Origin: Xylanibacter ruminicola 23
GTDB lineage: Bacteria > Bacteroidota > Bacteroidia > Bacteroidales > Bacteroidaceae
NCBI RefSeq assembly: GCF_000025925.1
Contig: NC_014033.1
Coordinates: 3,510,001 to 3,542,000 of the forward strand
DNA: 32,000 nucleotides
Direction: 5' to 3'
Shown: piece by piece, positions 1 to 7,122 of the stretch
How positions within the stretch are numbered: position 1 is the stretch's first letter
Layout: every line of letters begins with the position of its first letter
Position numbers and translations under genes: made by a program
Notes under the pieces: generated by a model
Database searches by the model: none
Told to the model about the DNA's origin: nothing
The model's input: the letters and a program-made list of their open reading frames with translations, nothing else

Positions 1-1
1 T

Positions 2-1105
2 ATGGTGATAGATGGCAAGGATAGCTACGTGTTCTACAAGCCGCTGGGCAAAACGGGCTGCTCTATGGCCATTGTGTGCCCCGAGAGCGACATTTTTGGC
101 GGCTTTAACCGCCTGCGCCACACCGTGATGGGTATTGTGTTTGTTGGCTTGTTGGTTATGTTGTGCGTATTTATTAATGTAATTACGCGCGAGCTCAAGC
201 CTTTGCACCGCCTGGCACGCGAGGCCGAGACCATCGCCTCGGGTAATTTTGATGCCGAACTGCCCGACTTTGAGCGTACCGACGAGATTGGTCAGCTCAG
301 TCACTCGTTCGGTTACATGCAGCAATCACTGGTAAGGTATATCGACGAGCTGAAGCTTACCACCGCCCAGAAAGCGTCTATTGAGAGTGAGCTTAACGTG
401 GCCAGCAACATACAGATGAGCATGCTGCCCAGTGTGTTCCCCAACCGCGAGGGACTGGATATGCATGCCTCAATGACACCCGCCAAGGAGGTTGGTGGCG
501 ACCTTTACGGCTATCTGCTCAAGGGCGATAACCTGTACTTCTGCGTGGGCGATGTGAGTGGTAAGGGTGTGCCAGCCTCGCTGTTTATGGCGCAGGTAAC
601 CCGCCTGTTCCGTACGCTGGCCAACCAGCAGATGGCACCTGCCGATATCTGTACCCACATGAACGAGGCCCTGTCGGGCGACGAGAACCCCACCAACATG
701 TTTGTAACCATGTTTGTGGGCATGGTTAATCTGCAGTCGGGTCACCTCAAGTTCTGTAATGCCGGTCATAATCCACCTGTGATAGGTGGTGGCGAGCACC
801 ATGGTGAGTTCCTGCAGATGCTGCCTAACTTCCCTATCGGTGTGCTGCCGGGTTTGGAGTTCCAGGGCGAGGAGATTGATACCATCAAGGGACGTGCGCT
901 GTTCCTTTATACCGACGGACTGAACGAGGCCGAGAACCGCGAGCACGAGCAGTTTGGCGACGACCAGCTGCTATCTATCCTGCGCAACACCCATTTCGAG
1001 AGCGCCCAGCAGGTAGTTGAAACCCTTTATAACGAGGTTCAGCGCCACCGCGACGGCGCCGATCCGAACGACGATCTTACCATGATGTGCCTGCGCATGC
1101 AGTAA
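2..1105 (+). CDS. Membrane-anchored HAMP-domain PP2C/SpoIIE-family serine phosphatase (RsbU-like); 5' end outside window
   Basis: Frame is open from the window edge. TM segment GIVFVGLLVMLCVFINVI and HAMP-like linker (KPLHRLAREAETIASGNFDAELP...IGQLSHSFGYMQQSL). PP2C/SpoIIE motifs GGDLYGY, GDVSGKGVPASLFMA, LYTDGLNEA, DDLTMMCL. Stop TAA 1103-1105. Confidence 0.85.
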   Translation: MVIDGKDSYVFYKPLGKTGCSMAIVCPESDIFGGFNRLRHTVMGIVFVGLLVMLCVFINVITRELKPLHRLAREAETIASGNFDAELPDFERTDEIGQLSHSFGYMQQSLVRYIDELKLTTAQKASIESELNVASNIQMSMLPSVFPNREGLDMHASMTPAKEVGGDLYGYLLKGDNLYFCVGDVSGKGVPASLFMAQVTRLFRTLANQQMAPADICTHMNEALSGDENPTNMFVTMFVGMVNLQSGHLKFCNAGHNPPVIGGGEHHGEFLQMLPNFPIGVLPGLEFQGEEIDTIKGRALFLYTDGLNEAENREHEQFGDDQLLSILRNTHFESAQQVVETLYNEVQRHRDGADPNDDLTMMCLRMQ

Positions 1106-1130
1106 AGTTTAAGTGAGTTTTGATTGATAT

Positions 1131-1187
1131 GAGAAATCGATGAGGTTGAGTGTTAAATTACACTAATCGTCGATTTCTCCTTTTTTC
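1131..1187 (+). terminator. Putative intrinsic terminator after the phosphatase gene
   Basis: 10-bp inverted repeat GAGAAATCGA (1131-1140) / TCGATTTCTC (1170-1179), followed by CTTTTTTC. The loop is long (30 nt), so it is only moderately convincing. Confidence 0.45.
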
Positions 1188-1212
1188 TTGTCTATTTCTC
1201 CCTGATTTTCAG

Positions 1213-1220
1213 TACCTTTG
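1213..1220 (+). promoter_or_regulatory. Bacteroidota-type -7 promoter box (TAnnTTTG)
   Basis: TACCTTTG matches the TAnnTTTG consensus. It lies inside the ORF-track extension 1150-1311, about 90 nt upstream of ATG 1312. Confidence 0.45.
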
Positions 1221-1311
1221 CAGCCCAAAAGGAAAAATTAAACGGGCTGGACATGATAGGATAACAACACAGAACAATGCCCTGAACTTACTAAGTACTG
1301 AAGATTTTTTT

Positions 1312-1509
1312 ATGACAGATGACAAGAAGCTGAGTGTAGCCGATCTTGAAGAACGCTTACTCTACGATGATGACGATGATGCCGCCTCCAGTATCGACAT
1401 GTCGATGCGCAAGCACGGCTATTATTATGGCTACGGCTTTTATGGTCGCTACGGGCGTTATGCCTACTCGCACTACGGAAATAATAACGATAAAAGTATA
1501 AAGAGATGA
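1312..1509 (+). CDS. Small hypothetical protein (65 aa), acidic N-half and Tyr/Gly/Arg-rich C-half
   Basis: First ATG after the -7 box. Its stop TGA overlaps the next start (ATGA at 1506-1509). Sequence: MTDDKKLSVADLEERLLYDDDDDAASSIDMSMRKHGYYYGYGFYGRYGRYAYSHYGNNNDKSIKR. No family recognised; the coding status itself is uncertain. Confidence 0.4.
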   Translation: MTDDKKLSVADLEERLLYDDDDDAASSIDMSMRKHGYYYGYGFYGRYGRYAYSHYGNNNDKSIKR

Positions 1510-2102
1510 TTATTGCAGTTGATTTCGACGGTACCATCGTTGAGAACCGTTACCCTTACATTGGCAACGAGAAACCCTTTGCCATCGAGACCCTTAAGTT
1601 GCTTACCCGCGACCACCATCAGTTAATACTATGGACCTGTCGCGAGGGCCGTTTGCTCCAGGAGGCCGTAGAGTGGTGTCGCCAGCGCGGTTTAGAGTTC
1701 TATGCTGTTAACAGTAATTACCCCGAAGAAACGCCCGCCGGCAATCCCACCTACTCACGCAAGCTGAATGTAGATGTGTTTATCGACGATAGCGGTCTGT
1801 GCCCACTGCCCGATTGGGGCACCATCTACCAGATGATAGCCCATCGCCCCGCCGTGCTCCAGTCGCAAAGCCACTGCAGTCGTCGCTGCCGCTGGTCGGT
1901 AGGTGGAGGTTTGGTGCTGGTGCTGTTTATTATGAGTATGCTGTTCACCTCGTGTGGTAGCAGTCGTGATGTGGCCTATCTGCAAAACAGCGAGCAGGTA
2001 GATCTGAGTAGCTCTCAGCGCCTTTACGATGCCCGTATCATGCCCAAGGACCAGCTCACCATCACCGTTAACACCACCAATCCCGAGGTGTCGGTACCAT
2101 GA
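1506..2102 (+). CDS. Small HAD-superfamily phosphatase-like protein (first ~115 aa) with an aberrant in-frame C-terminal extension
   Basis: HAD motif I DFDGT (MIIAVDFDGTIVE) and acidic motif VDVFIDD. The overall pattern LILWTCREG...AVEWCRQRGLEFYAVNSNYPEE resembles small HAD-like proteins I recall as conserved in Bacteroidales. After ~aa 115 the frame continues without a stop into unrelated sequence. Confidence 0.6.
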   Translation: MIIAVDFDGTIVENRYPYIGNEKPFAIETLKLLTRDHHQLILWTCREGRLLQEAVEWCRQRGLEFYAVNSNYPEETPAGNPTYSRKLNVDVFIDDSGLCPLPDWGTIYQMIAHRPAVLQSQSHCSRRCRWSVGGGLVLVLFIMSMLFTSCGSSRDVAYLQNSEQVDLSSSQRLYDARIMPKDQLTITVNTTNPEVSVP

Positions 2103-2173
2103 CCACCCTCTGGTTCAGCGCCACCGGCATTGCCATCTCCCTCACCACGCTGCTGTATAATATACTGAAGTAA
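1881..2173 (+). pseudogene. Remnant of a Wza-like polysaccharide-export outer-membrane lipoprotein gene (N-terminal fragment plus orphan C-terminal tail)
   Basis: aa 126-198 of the 1506 frame give a truncated lipoprotein signal, LVLVLFIMSMLFTSCGSS. They are followed by DVAYLQNSEQ...YDARIMPKDQLTITVNTTNPEVSVP. From memory this matches the N-terminus and start of the Poly_export domain of Bacteroidales capsule export proteins (normally ~260 aa), and it breaks off at 2102. A 24-codon ORF in another frame (ATG 2099 to TAA 2173, MTTLWFSATGIAISLTTLLYNILK) looks like a stranded hydrophobic C-terminus. Confidence 0.4.
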
Positions 2174-2184
2174 ACAACAGTATC

Positions 2185-2250
2185 CTATTAATAGTTGCGG
2201 TTGTTACTATTAATGGTAGCAATTGCTACTATTAATACACGCAAATTTTC
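2185..2250. repeat. Three tandem 22-bp iteron-like direct repeats sharing CTATTAAT
   Basis: Units start at 2185, 2207 and 2229, an exact 22-bp spacing: CTATTAATAGTTGCGGTTGTTA / CTATTAATGGTAGCAATTGCTA / CTATTAATACACGCAAATTTTC. Units 1 and 2 match at 17/22. The array contains perfect palindromes CTATTAATAG (2185-2194) and GTAGCAATTGCTAC (2216-2229). Confidence 0.75.
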
Positions 2251-2254
2251 AGCC

Positions 2255-2408
2255 TGCTACGCGCTACAGTGCTACAGTTAGTTTTCGAGCCATTGCACAC
2301 CTACAACTAACGTCTATATTATATATAATATATATTATATAAATATAGGTATTTGGTTTGGGTTTGGTGCCGACTTGATTTCTAACTGTAGCACTGTAGC
2401 GTGTAGCA
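2255..2408. repeat. 27-bp inverted repeat (1 mismatch) flanking a 100-bp spacer that contains a 33-nt pure A/T tract
   Basis: Left arm 2255-2281 is TGCTACGCGCTACAGTGCTACAGTTAG. Right arm 2382-2408 is CTAACTGTAGCACTGTAGCGTGTAGCA, its reverse complement except for one G/A difference. Each arm contains GCTAC three times. The spacer holds TATATTATATATAATATATATTATATAAATATA (2315-2347) and TTTGG repeated three times (2352-2368). Confidence 0.85.
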
Positions 2409-2551
2409 ATCCCTACCGTTTGGCCTCTCTTTGCAGTGAAGCCTAAAGGGAATCGGGGCAAGATTCTGTTTATCAATACATAACAAAAATGGGGGCAAAA
2501 TATTAACCATATTTAATACGGGAGATGTTTGGTGGGATAGGGGAAATTTAG

Positions 2552-2559
2552 TAACTTTG
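2552..2559 (+). promoter_or_regulatory. -7 promoter box for sufE-nrdDG
   Basis: TAACTTTG matches TAnnTTTG, 20 nt upstream of ATG 2579. Confidence 0.5.
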
Positions 2560-2578
2560 CAGGCAAATTATATAAGCT

Positions 2579-3004
2579 ATGACAATAAACGAAATACAAG
2601 ACGAGATTATCGACGAGTTCAGTGGTTTCGACGACTGGATGGATAAGTATCAGCTACTCATCGACTTAGGTAATGAGCAGGAGCCGCTGGACGATAAGTA
2701 TAAAACAGAACAGAACCTGATTGACGGCTGTCAGAGTCGTGTATGGTTGCAGGCCGACCTGGTGGATGGTAACATTCACTTCAGCGCCGAGAGCGATGCC
2801 TTGATTGTAAAGGGTATCGTGGCCCTGTTGATACGCGTGCTGAGCGACCACACGCCACAGGAGATTCTGAATGCCGACCTGTATTTTATTGAGCAGATAG
2901 GACTGAAAGAGCATCTGTCGCCTACTCGCAGCAACGGACTGCTGGCTATGGTTAAGCAGATAAAGATGTACGCACTGGCGTTTAACGAGACATTGAAGAA
3001 TTAA
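2579..3004 (+). CDS. sufE: SufE-like cysteine desulfuration / Fe-S assembly sulfur acceptor
   Basis: 141 aa. Typical SufE pattern including the active-site Cys context LIDGCQSRVWL and C-terminal SPTRSNGLLAMV. Confidence 0.85.
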   Translation: MTINEIQDEIIDEFSGFDDWMDKYQLLIDLGNEQEPLDDKYKTEQNLIDGCQSRVWLQADLVDGNIHFSAESDALIVKGIVALLIRVLSDHTPQEILNADLYFIEQIGLKEHLSPTRSNGLLAMVKQIKMYALAFNETLKN

Positions 3005-3025
3005 TCATAAATAATTAGAAACCTC

Positions 3026-5266
3026 ATGATACAAACTGTAAAGAAGCGCGATGGGCGCATAGTGGGATTTAACGAACAGAAAGTGATGGCCGCCATACGT
3101 AAGGCCATGTTACATACTGACAAAGGCGAGGACGAGCGACTGCTGTACCAGATTACCGACCGTATTGCCCAGCGTGGCGAGAGTCAGATGACGGTAGAGG
3201 AGATTCAGGACTTGGTGGAGATGGAGCTGATGAAGTCGAGTCGTAAGGACGTGGCTCAGAAGTACATTGCCTACCGCAACCAGCGCTCGATTGCCCGTAA
3301 GGCCAAGACTCGCGAGGTGTTCCTGGATATCGTGAACATTAAGAATAACGATGTGACGCGCGAAAACGCCAACATGAACGCCGATACACCTGCGGGCATG
3401 ATGATGAAGTTTGCCAGCGAGACTACCAAGCCATTCGTAGACGACTATCTGCTGAGCGAGGAGAGTCGCAACGCCGTTGAGCATAACTATCTGCACATTC
3501 ACGATAAGGATTACTATCCTACCAAGAGTCTTACTTGCGTGCAGCACCCATTGGACAACATCCTGCAGAACGGTTTTACTGCCGGACATGGTGCCTCGCG
3601 TGCTGCCAAGCGTATCGAGACGGCCAGCGTACTGGCTTGTATCTCGTTGGAGTGCGCTCAGAACGAGATGCACGGCGGACAGGCTATTCCTGCCTTCGAC
3701 TTTTATCTGGCACCATTCGTGCGCCTGAGCTATATCGAGGAACTGAAAGCACTCGAAGACCTGTATGGTGAGAGCTTACAGGACTTGTACGACGAGCCTT
3801 TGATGGACTATCTCAAGGCCCCTCTGGATGGCCTGGAGGGTAGAGATCGTGCCCGTCAGCATGCCATCAACAAAACGGTGGCCCGTGTACATCAGGCCAT
3901 GGAGGCATTTATCCACAATATGAACACAATCCACTCGCGTGGTGGTAACCAGGTGGTGTTCTCGAGTATCAACTACGGTACCGACACCAGTGCCGAGGGC
4001 CGTTGCGTGATGCGCGAGATACTGCTGAGCACCTACGAGGGTGTGGGTAACGGCGAAACAGCTATCTTTCCCATTCAGATCTGGAAAAAGAAGCGCGGCG
4101 TGAACTACCTGCCCGAGGATCGCAACTTCGATCTGTATCAGTTGGCATGTAAGGTTACAGCCCGCCGATTCTTCCCTAACTTCCTGAACCTGGATGCAAG
4201 CTTTAACCAGGACAGCGAGTGGCGTGCCGACGATCCTAAGCGCTTTGTGCACGAGGTGGCTACGATGGGATGCCGCACACGTGTGTTCGAGAACCGATTC
4301 GGACCTAAGACCAGTATCGGTCGTGGTAACCTGAGCTTCTCGACTATCAACATTGTAAAGCTGGCCCTGGAGTGCCGCGAGGAGCAGGACGAGCAGAAGC
4401 GTATCGACATGTTCTTTGCCAAGCTGGATCAGATGCTGGAGATTACTGCCAAGCAGTTGGACGACCGCTTCCAGTTCCAGAAGACAGCCTTTGCCAAGCA
4501 GTTCCCCCTGCTGATGCAGTGCCTGTGGATTGGTGCCGACAAGCTGAAGCCTATGGACAGCATTGAGAGCGTGATTAACCAGGGTACACTGGGTATCGGC
4601 TTTATCGGACTGGCTGAGTGCTTGGTAGCCCTGATTGGCAAGCATCACGGCGAGAGCGAAGAAGCACAGGCGCTGGGTGTGAAGATTGTTACTTACATGC
4701 GCGACCGTGCTAACGAGTTCTGCGAGCGCTACCACCACAACTACTCGGTACTGGCCACACCAGCCGAGGGATTGAGCGGAAAGTTTACCAAGAAGGACCG
4801 TAAGGAGTTTGGTATCGTGCCCGGCGTAACCGATCGCGATTACTATACCAATTCTAACCACGTGCCCGTATATTATAAATGTAGTGCACGCCACAAGGCC
4901 GAGGTTGAGGCTCCTTACCACAACCTGACTCGTGGTGGACACATCTTCTACGTAGAGATTGACGGCGACGCTACCCACAACCCACAGGTAATTATGAGCG
5001 TGGTTGACATGATGGACCAGCTGGATATGGGTTACGGCAGTGTAAACCACAACCGCAACCGCTGCATGGACTGCGGCTACGAGAATGCCGACGACAACCT
5101 GGAGAAGTGTCCTAAGTGCGGTAGTAACAACATTGATAAGTTGCAGCGTATTACCGGCTATCTGGTAGGTACTACCGATCGCTGGAACAGCGGCAAGCTG
5201 GCCGAGCTGAACGATCGTGTAACCCACATCGACCACAGCGCACAGGATCAGGACTTGTTTAAATGA
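3026..5266 (+). CDS. nrdD: Anaerobic ribonucleoside-triphosphate reductase (class III RNR)
   Basis: N-terminal ATP-cone (VKKRDGRIVGFNEQKVMAAIRKA). C-terminal Zn ribbon CMDCGYEN...CPKCGS and glycyl-radical motif RITGYLVG. 746 aa. Confidence 0.97.
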   Translation: MIQTVKKRDGRIVGFNEQKVMAAIRKAMLHTDKGEDERLLYQITDRIAQRGESQMTVEEIQDLVEMELMKSSRKDVAQKYIAYRNQRSIARKAKTREVFLDIVNIKNNDVTRENANMNADTPAGMMMKFASETTKPFVDDYLLSEESRNAVEHNYLHIHDKDYYPTKSLTCVQHPLDNILQNGFTAGHGASRAAKRIETASVLACISLECAQNEMHGGQAIPAFDFYLAPFVRLSYIEELKALEDLYGESLQDLYDEPLMDYLKAPLDGLEGRDRARQHAINKTVARVHQAMEAFIHNMNTIHSRGGNQVVFSSINYGTDTSAEGRCVMREILLSTYEGVGNGETAIFPIQIWKKKRGVNYLPEDRNFDLYQLACKVTARRFFPNFLNLDASFNQDSEWRADDPKRFVHEVATMGCRTRVFENRFGPKTSIGRGNLSFSTINIVKLALECREEQDEQKRIDMFFAKLDQMLEITAKQLDDRFQFQKTAFAKQFPLLMQCLWIGADKLKPMDSIESVINQGTLGIGFIGLAECLVALIGKHHGESEEAQALGVKIVTYMRDRANEFCERYHHNYSVLATPAEGLSGKFTKKDRKEFGIVPGVTDRDYYTNSNHVPVYYKCSARHKAEVEAPYHNLTRGGHIFYVEIDGDATHNPQVIMSVVDMMDQLDMGYGSVNHNRNRCMDCGYENADDNLEKCPKCGSNNIDKLQRITGYLVGTTDRWNSGKLAELNDRVTHIDHSAQDQDLFK

Positions 5267-5760
5267 TAAGAGTATTAGATATCATAGAAGATACAATGGT
5301 GGACGGGCCTGGGTTCAGGACGTCCATCTATTGTGCTGGATGCAATCATCAGTGCCCAGGCTGTCATAATCCGCAGTCGTGGGCATTTGATGGTGGCCGC
5401 GAGATGACCACACAGCAGCTGATGAAGATTATCGTGGCCGACCCCTTTGCCAACGTGACCTTCTCGGGTGGCGACCCGATGTATCAGGCTGCTGGCTTTG
5501 CCGAATTGGCACGCGCCATACACCAGCAAACCAATAAGGATATCTGGTGCTTTACAGGCTTTACGTTCGAGAGCCTGATACAGGAAGATCAGCGCGAACT
5601 GCTCGAGAATATCGACGTGCTGGTTGACGGACCTTTTATCGAGCGACTGAAAGATCCCGACCTGCTGTTCCGCGGCTCATCAAACCAACGCATAATAAAC
5701 GTGCCCGCATCGCTTTACGAGGGGCACGTAGTATTGTGGAAGCCTGATGTTAGCGTTTAG
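5263..5760 (+). CDS. nrdG: Anaerobic RNR activating radical-SAM enzyme
   Basis: ATGA overlap with the nrdD stop. CX3CX2C cluster motif CNHQCPGC and GGDP motif FSGGDPM. 165 aa, stop TAG. Confidence 0.93.
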   Translation: MIRVLDIIEDTMVDGPGFRTSIYCAGCNHQCPGCHNPQSWAFDGGREMTTQQLMKIIVADPFANVTFSGGDPMYQAAGFAELARAIHQQTNKDIWCFTGFTFESLIQEDQRELLENIDVLVDGPFIERLKDPDLLFRGSSNQRIINVPASLYEGHVVLWKPDVSV

Positions 5761-7054
5761 ACTTGGCTAACTTCAGTTCGTAATCGTTTATTTTCTTCAT
5801 GTAGTGTTCGCGGAAATCGCGATAGTGATAGTAGGGTGCTATATCAGTTGGTATGGGTAGTGTAGCCTCGTTCTCGTTAAGTAGCACCTTGAAGATAATG
5901 TCAAGATCGTTCTCGTCCTTACGGTAGAACACAAACTGGATGTTGGCTGCCATGGGGAACACCTCGAAGTTAATCCAGCCGTCGATATCCAAACGGTCCA
6001 GATCGCGAATCGTGCGGCCGTAGCCGTTAAGATCCAGCAGACATGTTAGCGGCAAGATAATCGTCTCGTGTCCGAAACGCAGCGTGGCACCCGGGTGAGG
6101 GCGGATAATACAGCTGTCGGCATCCTCGATGATACGTTGCAGCAAGCGGCGCTGGGTAAACGGCTGTTTGCCGCCATTGTAGGGATTGCTGCCAAAGCTG
6201 AGGTACCAGAAAGCGTTGGCCTGCAACCAGTTGTTATACAGCTCGTCGGGGGTGTAGATGTCGAACAGACTGAACAGCTCGCGCATCTCGGTGCCCTGAA
6301 CGCTCGAGGCAATCTTGAAAATGGCCTTGTTAAGCTCGTAGGCATCCACCTCGCTGTTAAAGTAAACCGAATCGTTAAACATCTTGCCCATGGCTGGCTT
6401 GTGGATTGCGTACTTGGCGCAGAAATCCCTGTAGGCCTGCTGGGTTTTCTTTGAGTAACGCTGCTTGTACAGCACCGAATCCTGCATGTTCATGTAGTAC
6501 ATATCGTGCTGCGAGGCATCGGTATTGAATATCAGCTTGGGATTGTTCTTGGCCAGCTGCAACAGCTCGTGCTGCATCGACAGGATGCAACGGATAACCA
6601 CCGTACTCTTGGCCTCGATAACCGAGCGCCCCTCGAATACCTCAGGAAAGCGGTCGTACATGCGCTGGGCTATCTGCTGATGCTGTACGGCACCCAGGGG
6701 GGTCAGATCACCATATCGGCCACTCGCATCGTCGCGCAGGTAGCCAAGCAGTCGCAGAGCCTTCTGTCCCAACTCGGTAAGCTTGCCCAGACTGTCGGCT
6801 TTAAGCAGTACCAGATATGGGTAGTCGTACTCTTCGGCCTTGATGAGGTAACGCGACCCGTGGCGCGAATAGCTACTGATGTAAAACGGCTTCTCGCCCG
6901 ATGGCGGAGGTGTTAGTTCGCGTGTTGGCCCCTGGTAAGCATAGTAGTTACTGCCAGCCTTCAGAAAATCGCGTTTCAACGTTTCGCGAACGTTTTGACC
7001 GCACACCGAGGCTACCGACAGTGCCCAAAAGGCAAATAATACCACTTTTCTCAT
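5750..7054 (-). CDS. Secreted histidine acid phosphatase family protein (branch 2; possibly MINPP/phytase-like)
   Basis: Start moved to ATG 7054 (MRKVVLFAFWALSVASVCG|Q signal peptide), because the -7 box lies at 7076-7083. Catalytic RHG motif SRHGSRY and a second motif FGHETIILPL. The MINPP-like subtype is a guess from memory. Confidence 0.8.
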   Translation of the reverse strand: MRKVVLFAFWALSVASVCGQNVRETLKRDFLKAGSNYYAYQGPTRELTPPPSGEKPFYISSYSRHGSRYLIKAEEYDYPYLVLLKADSLGKLTELGQKALRLLGYLRDDASGRYGDLTPLGAVQHQQIAQRMYDRFPEVFEGRSVIEAKSTVVIRCILSMQHELLQLAKNNPKLIFNTDASQHDMYYMNMQDSVLYKQRYSKKTQQAYRDFCAKYAIHKPAMGKMFNDSVYFNSEVDAYELNKAIFKIASSVQGTEMRELFSLFDIYTPDELYNNWLQANAFWYLSFGSNPYNGGKQPFTQRRLLQRIIEDADSCIIRPHPGATLRFGHETIILPLTCLLDLNGYGRTIRDLDRLDIDGWINFEVFPMAANIQFVFYRKDENDLDIIFKVLLNENEATLPIPTDIAPYYHYRDFREHYMKKINDYELKLAKSKR

Positions 7055-7075
7055 AGTTTTTTCTCCTTTTCGGTG

Positions 7076-7083
7076 CAAATATA
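7076..7083 (-). promoter_or_regulatory. -7 promoter box (minus strand) for the acid phosphatase gene
   Basis: The reverse complement reads TATATTTG (TAnnTTTG), 22 nt upstream of ATG 7054. Confidence 0.45.
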
Positions 7084-7095
7084 CAAAAAAATCAC

Positions 7096-7103
7096 TATTT
7101 TTG
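7096..7103 (+). promoter_or_regulatory. -7 promoter box for the unknown-gene/rpoN operon
   Basis: TATTTTTG matches TAnnTTTG, 20 nt upstream of ATG 7123. It is divergent from the box at 7076-7083. Confidence 0.45.
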
Positions 7104-7122
7104 CAAAAAAATAGCGCATAAT

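Noticed and set aside
1150-1311. N-terminal extensions offered by the ORF track: 1150-1311, 7055-7138(-), 21201-21269(-) and 28608-28646.
   Set aside because: In each case a TAnnTTTG promoter box or a terminator hairpin lies inside the extension. A downstream ATG also gives a proper signal peptide or conserved N-terminus.
2435-2470. Cobalamin-riboswitch-like string AAAGGGAATCGGGGCAAGATTC upstream of sufE-nrdDG.
   Set aside because: It only superficially resembles the AGGGAA…GGTG…AA.TCC core. There is no downstream B12 box (…CCCGC.ACTG…) and no compatible helices, and the predicted promoter box (2552) lies downstream of it, so it would not be in the leader.
2264-2476. 70-aa minus-strand ORF in the repeat-rich intergenic region.
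   Set aside because: It spans the inverted-repeat arm and the pure A/T tract, which gives YIYIIYIIYNI. It has no promoter box and no start context, and is best explained as a chance ORF over repeats.
3776-5236. Long antisense ORFs opposite well-supported genes. These are 3776-5236(-), 16386-17375(-), 17810-18517(-), 19929-20651(+), 21949-22611(-), 25025-25618(-), 26090-26854(-), 30086-30871(-), 31022-31678(-), 31651-31902(-), and the many shorter ones in the track.
   Set aside because: Each lies fully inside a gene on the other strand that has clear family motifs. Their translations are low-complexity (V/L/H/Q-rich) with no recognisable motifs. Such shadow ORFs are expected from the codon bias of the true genes.
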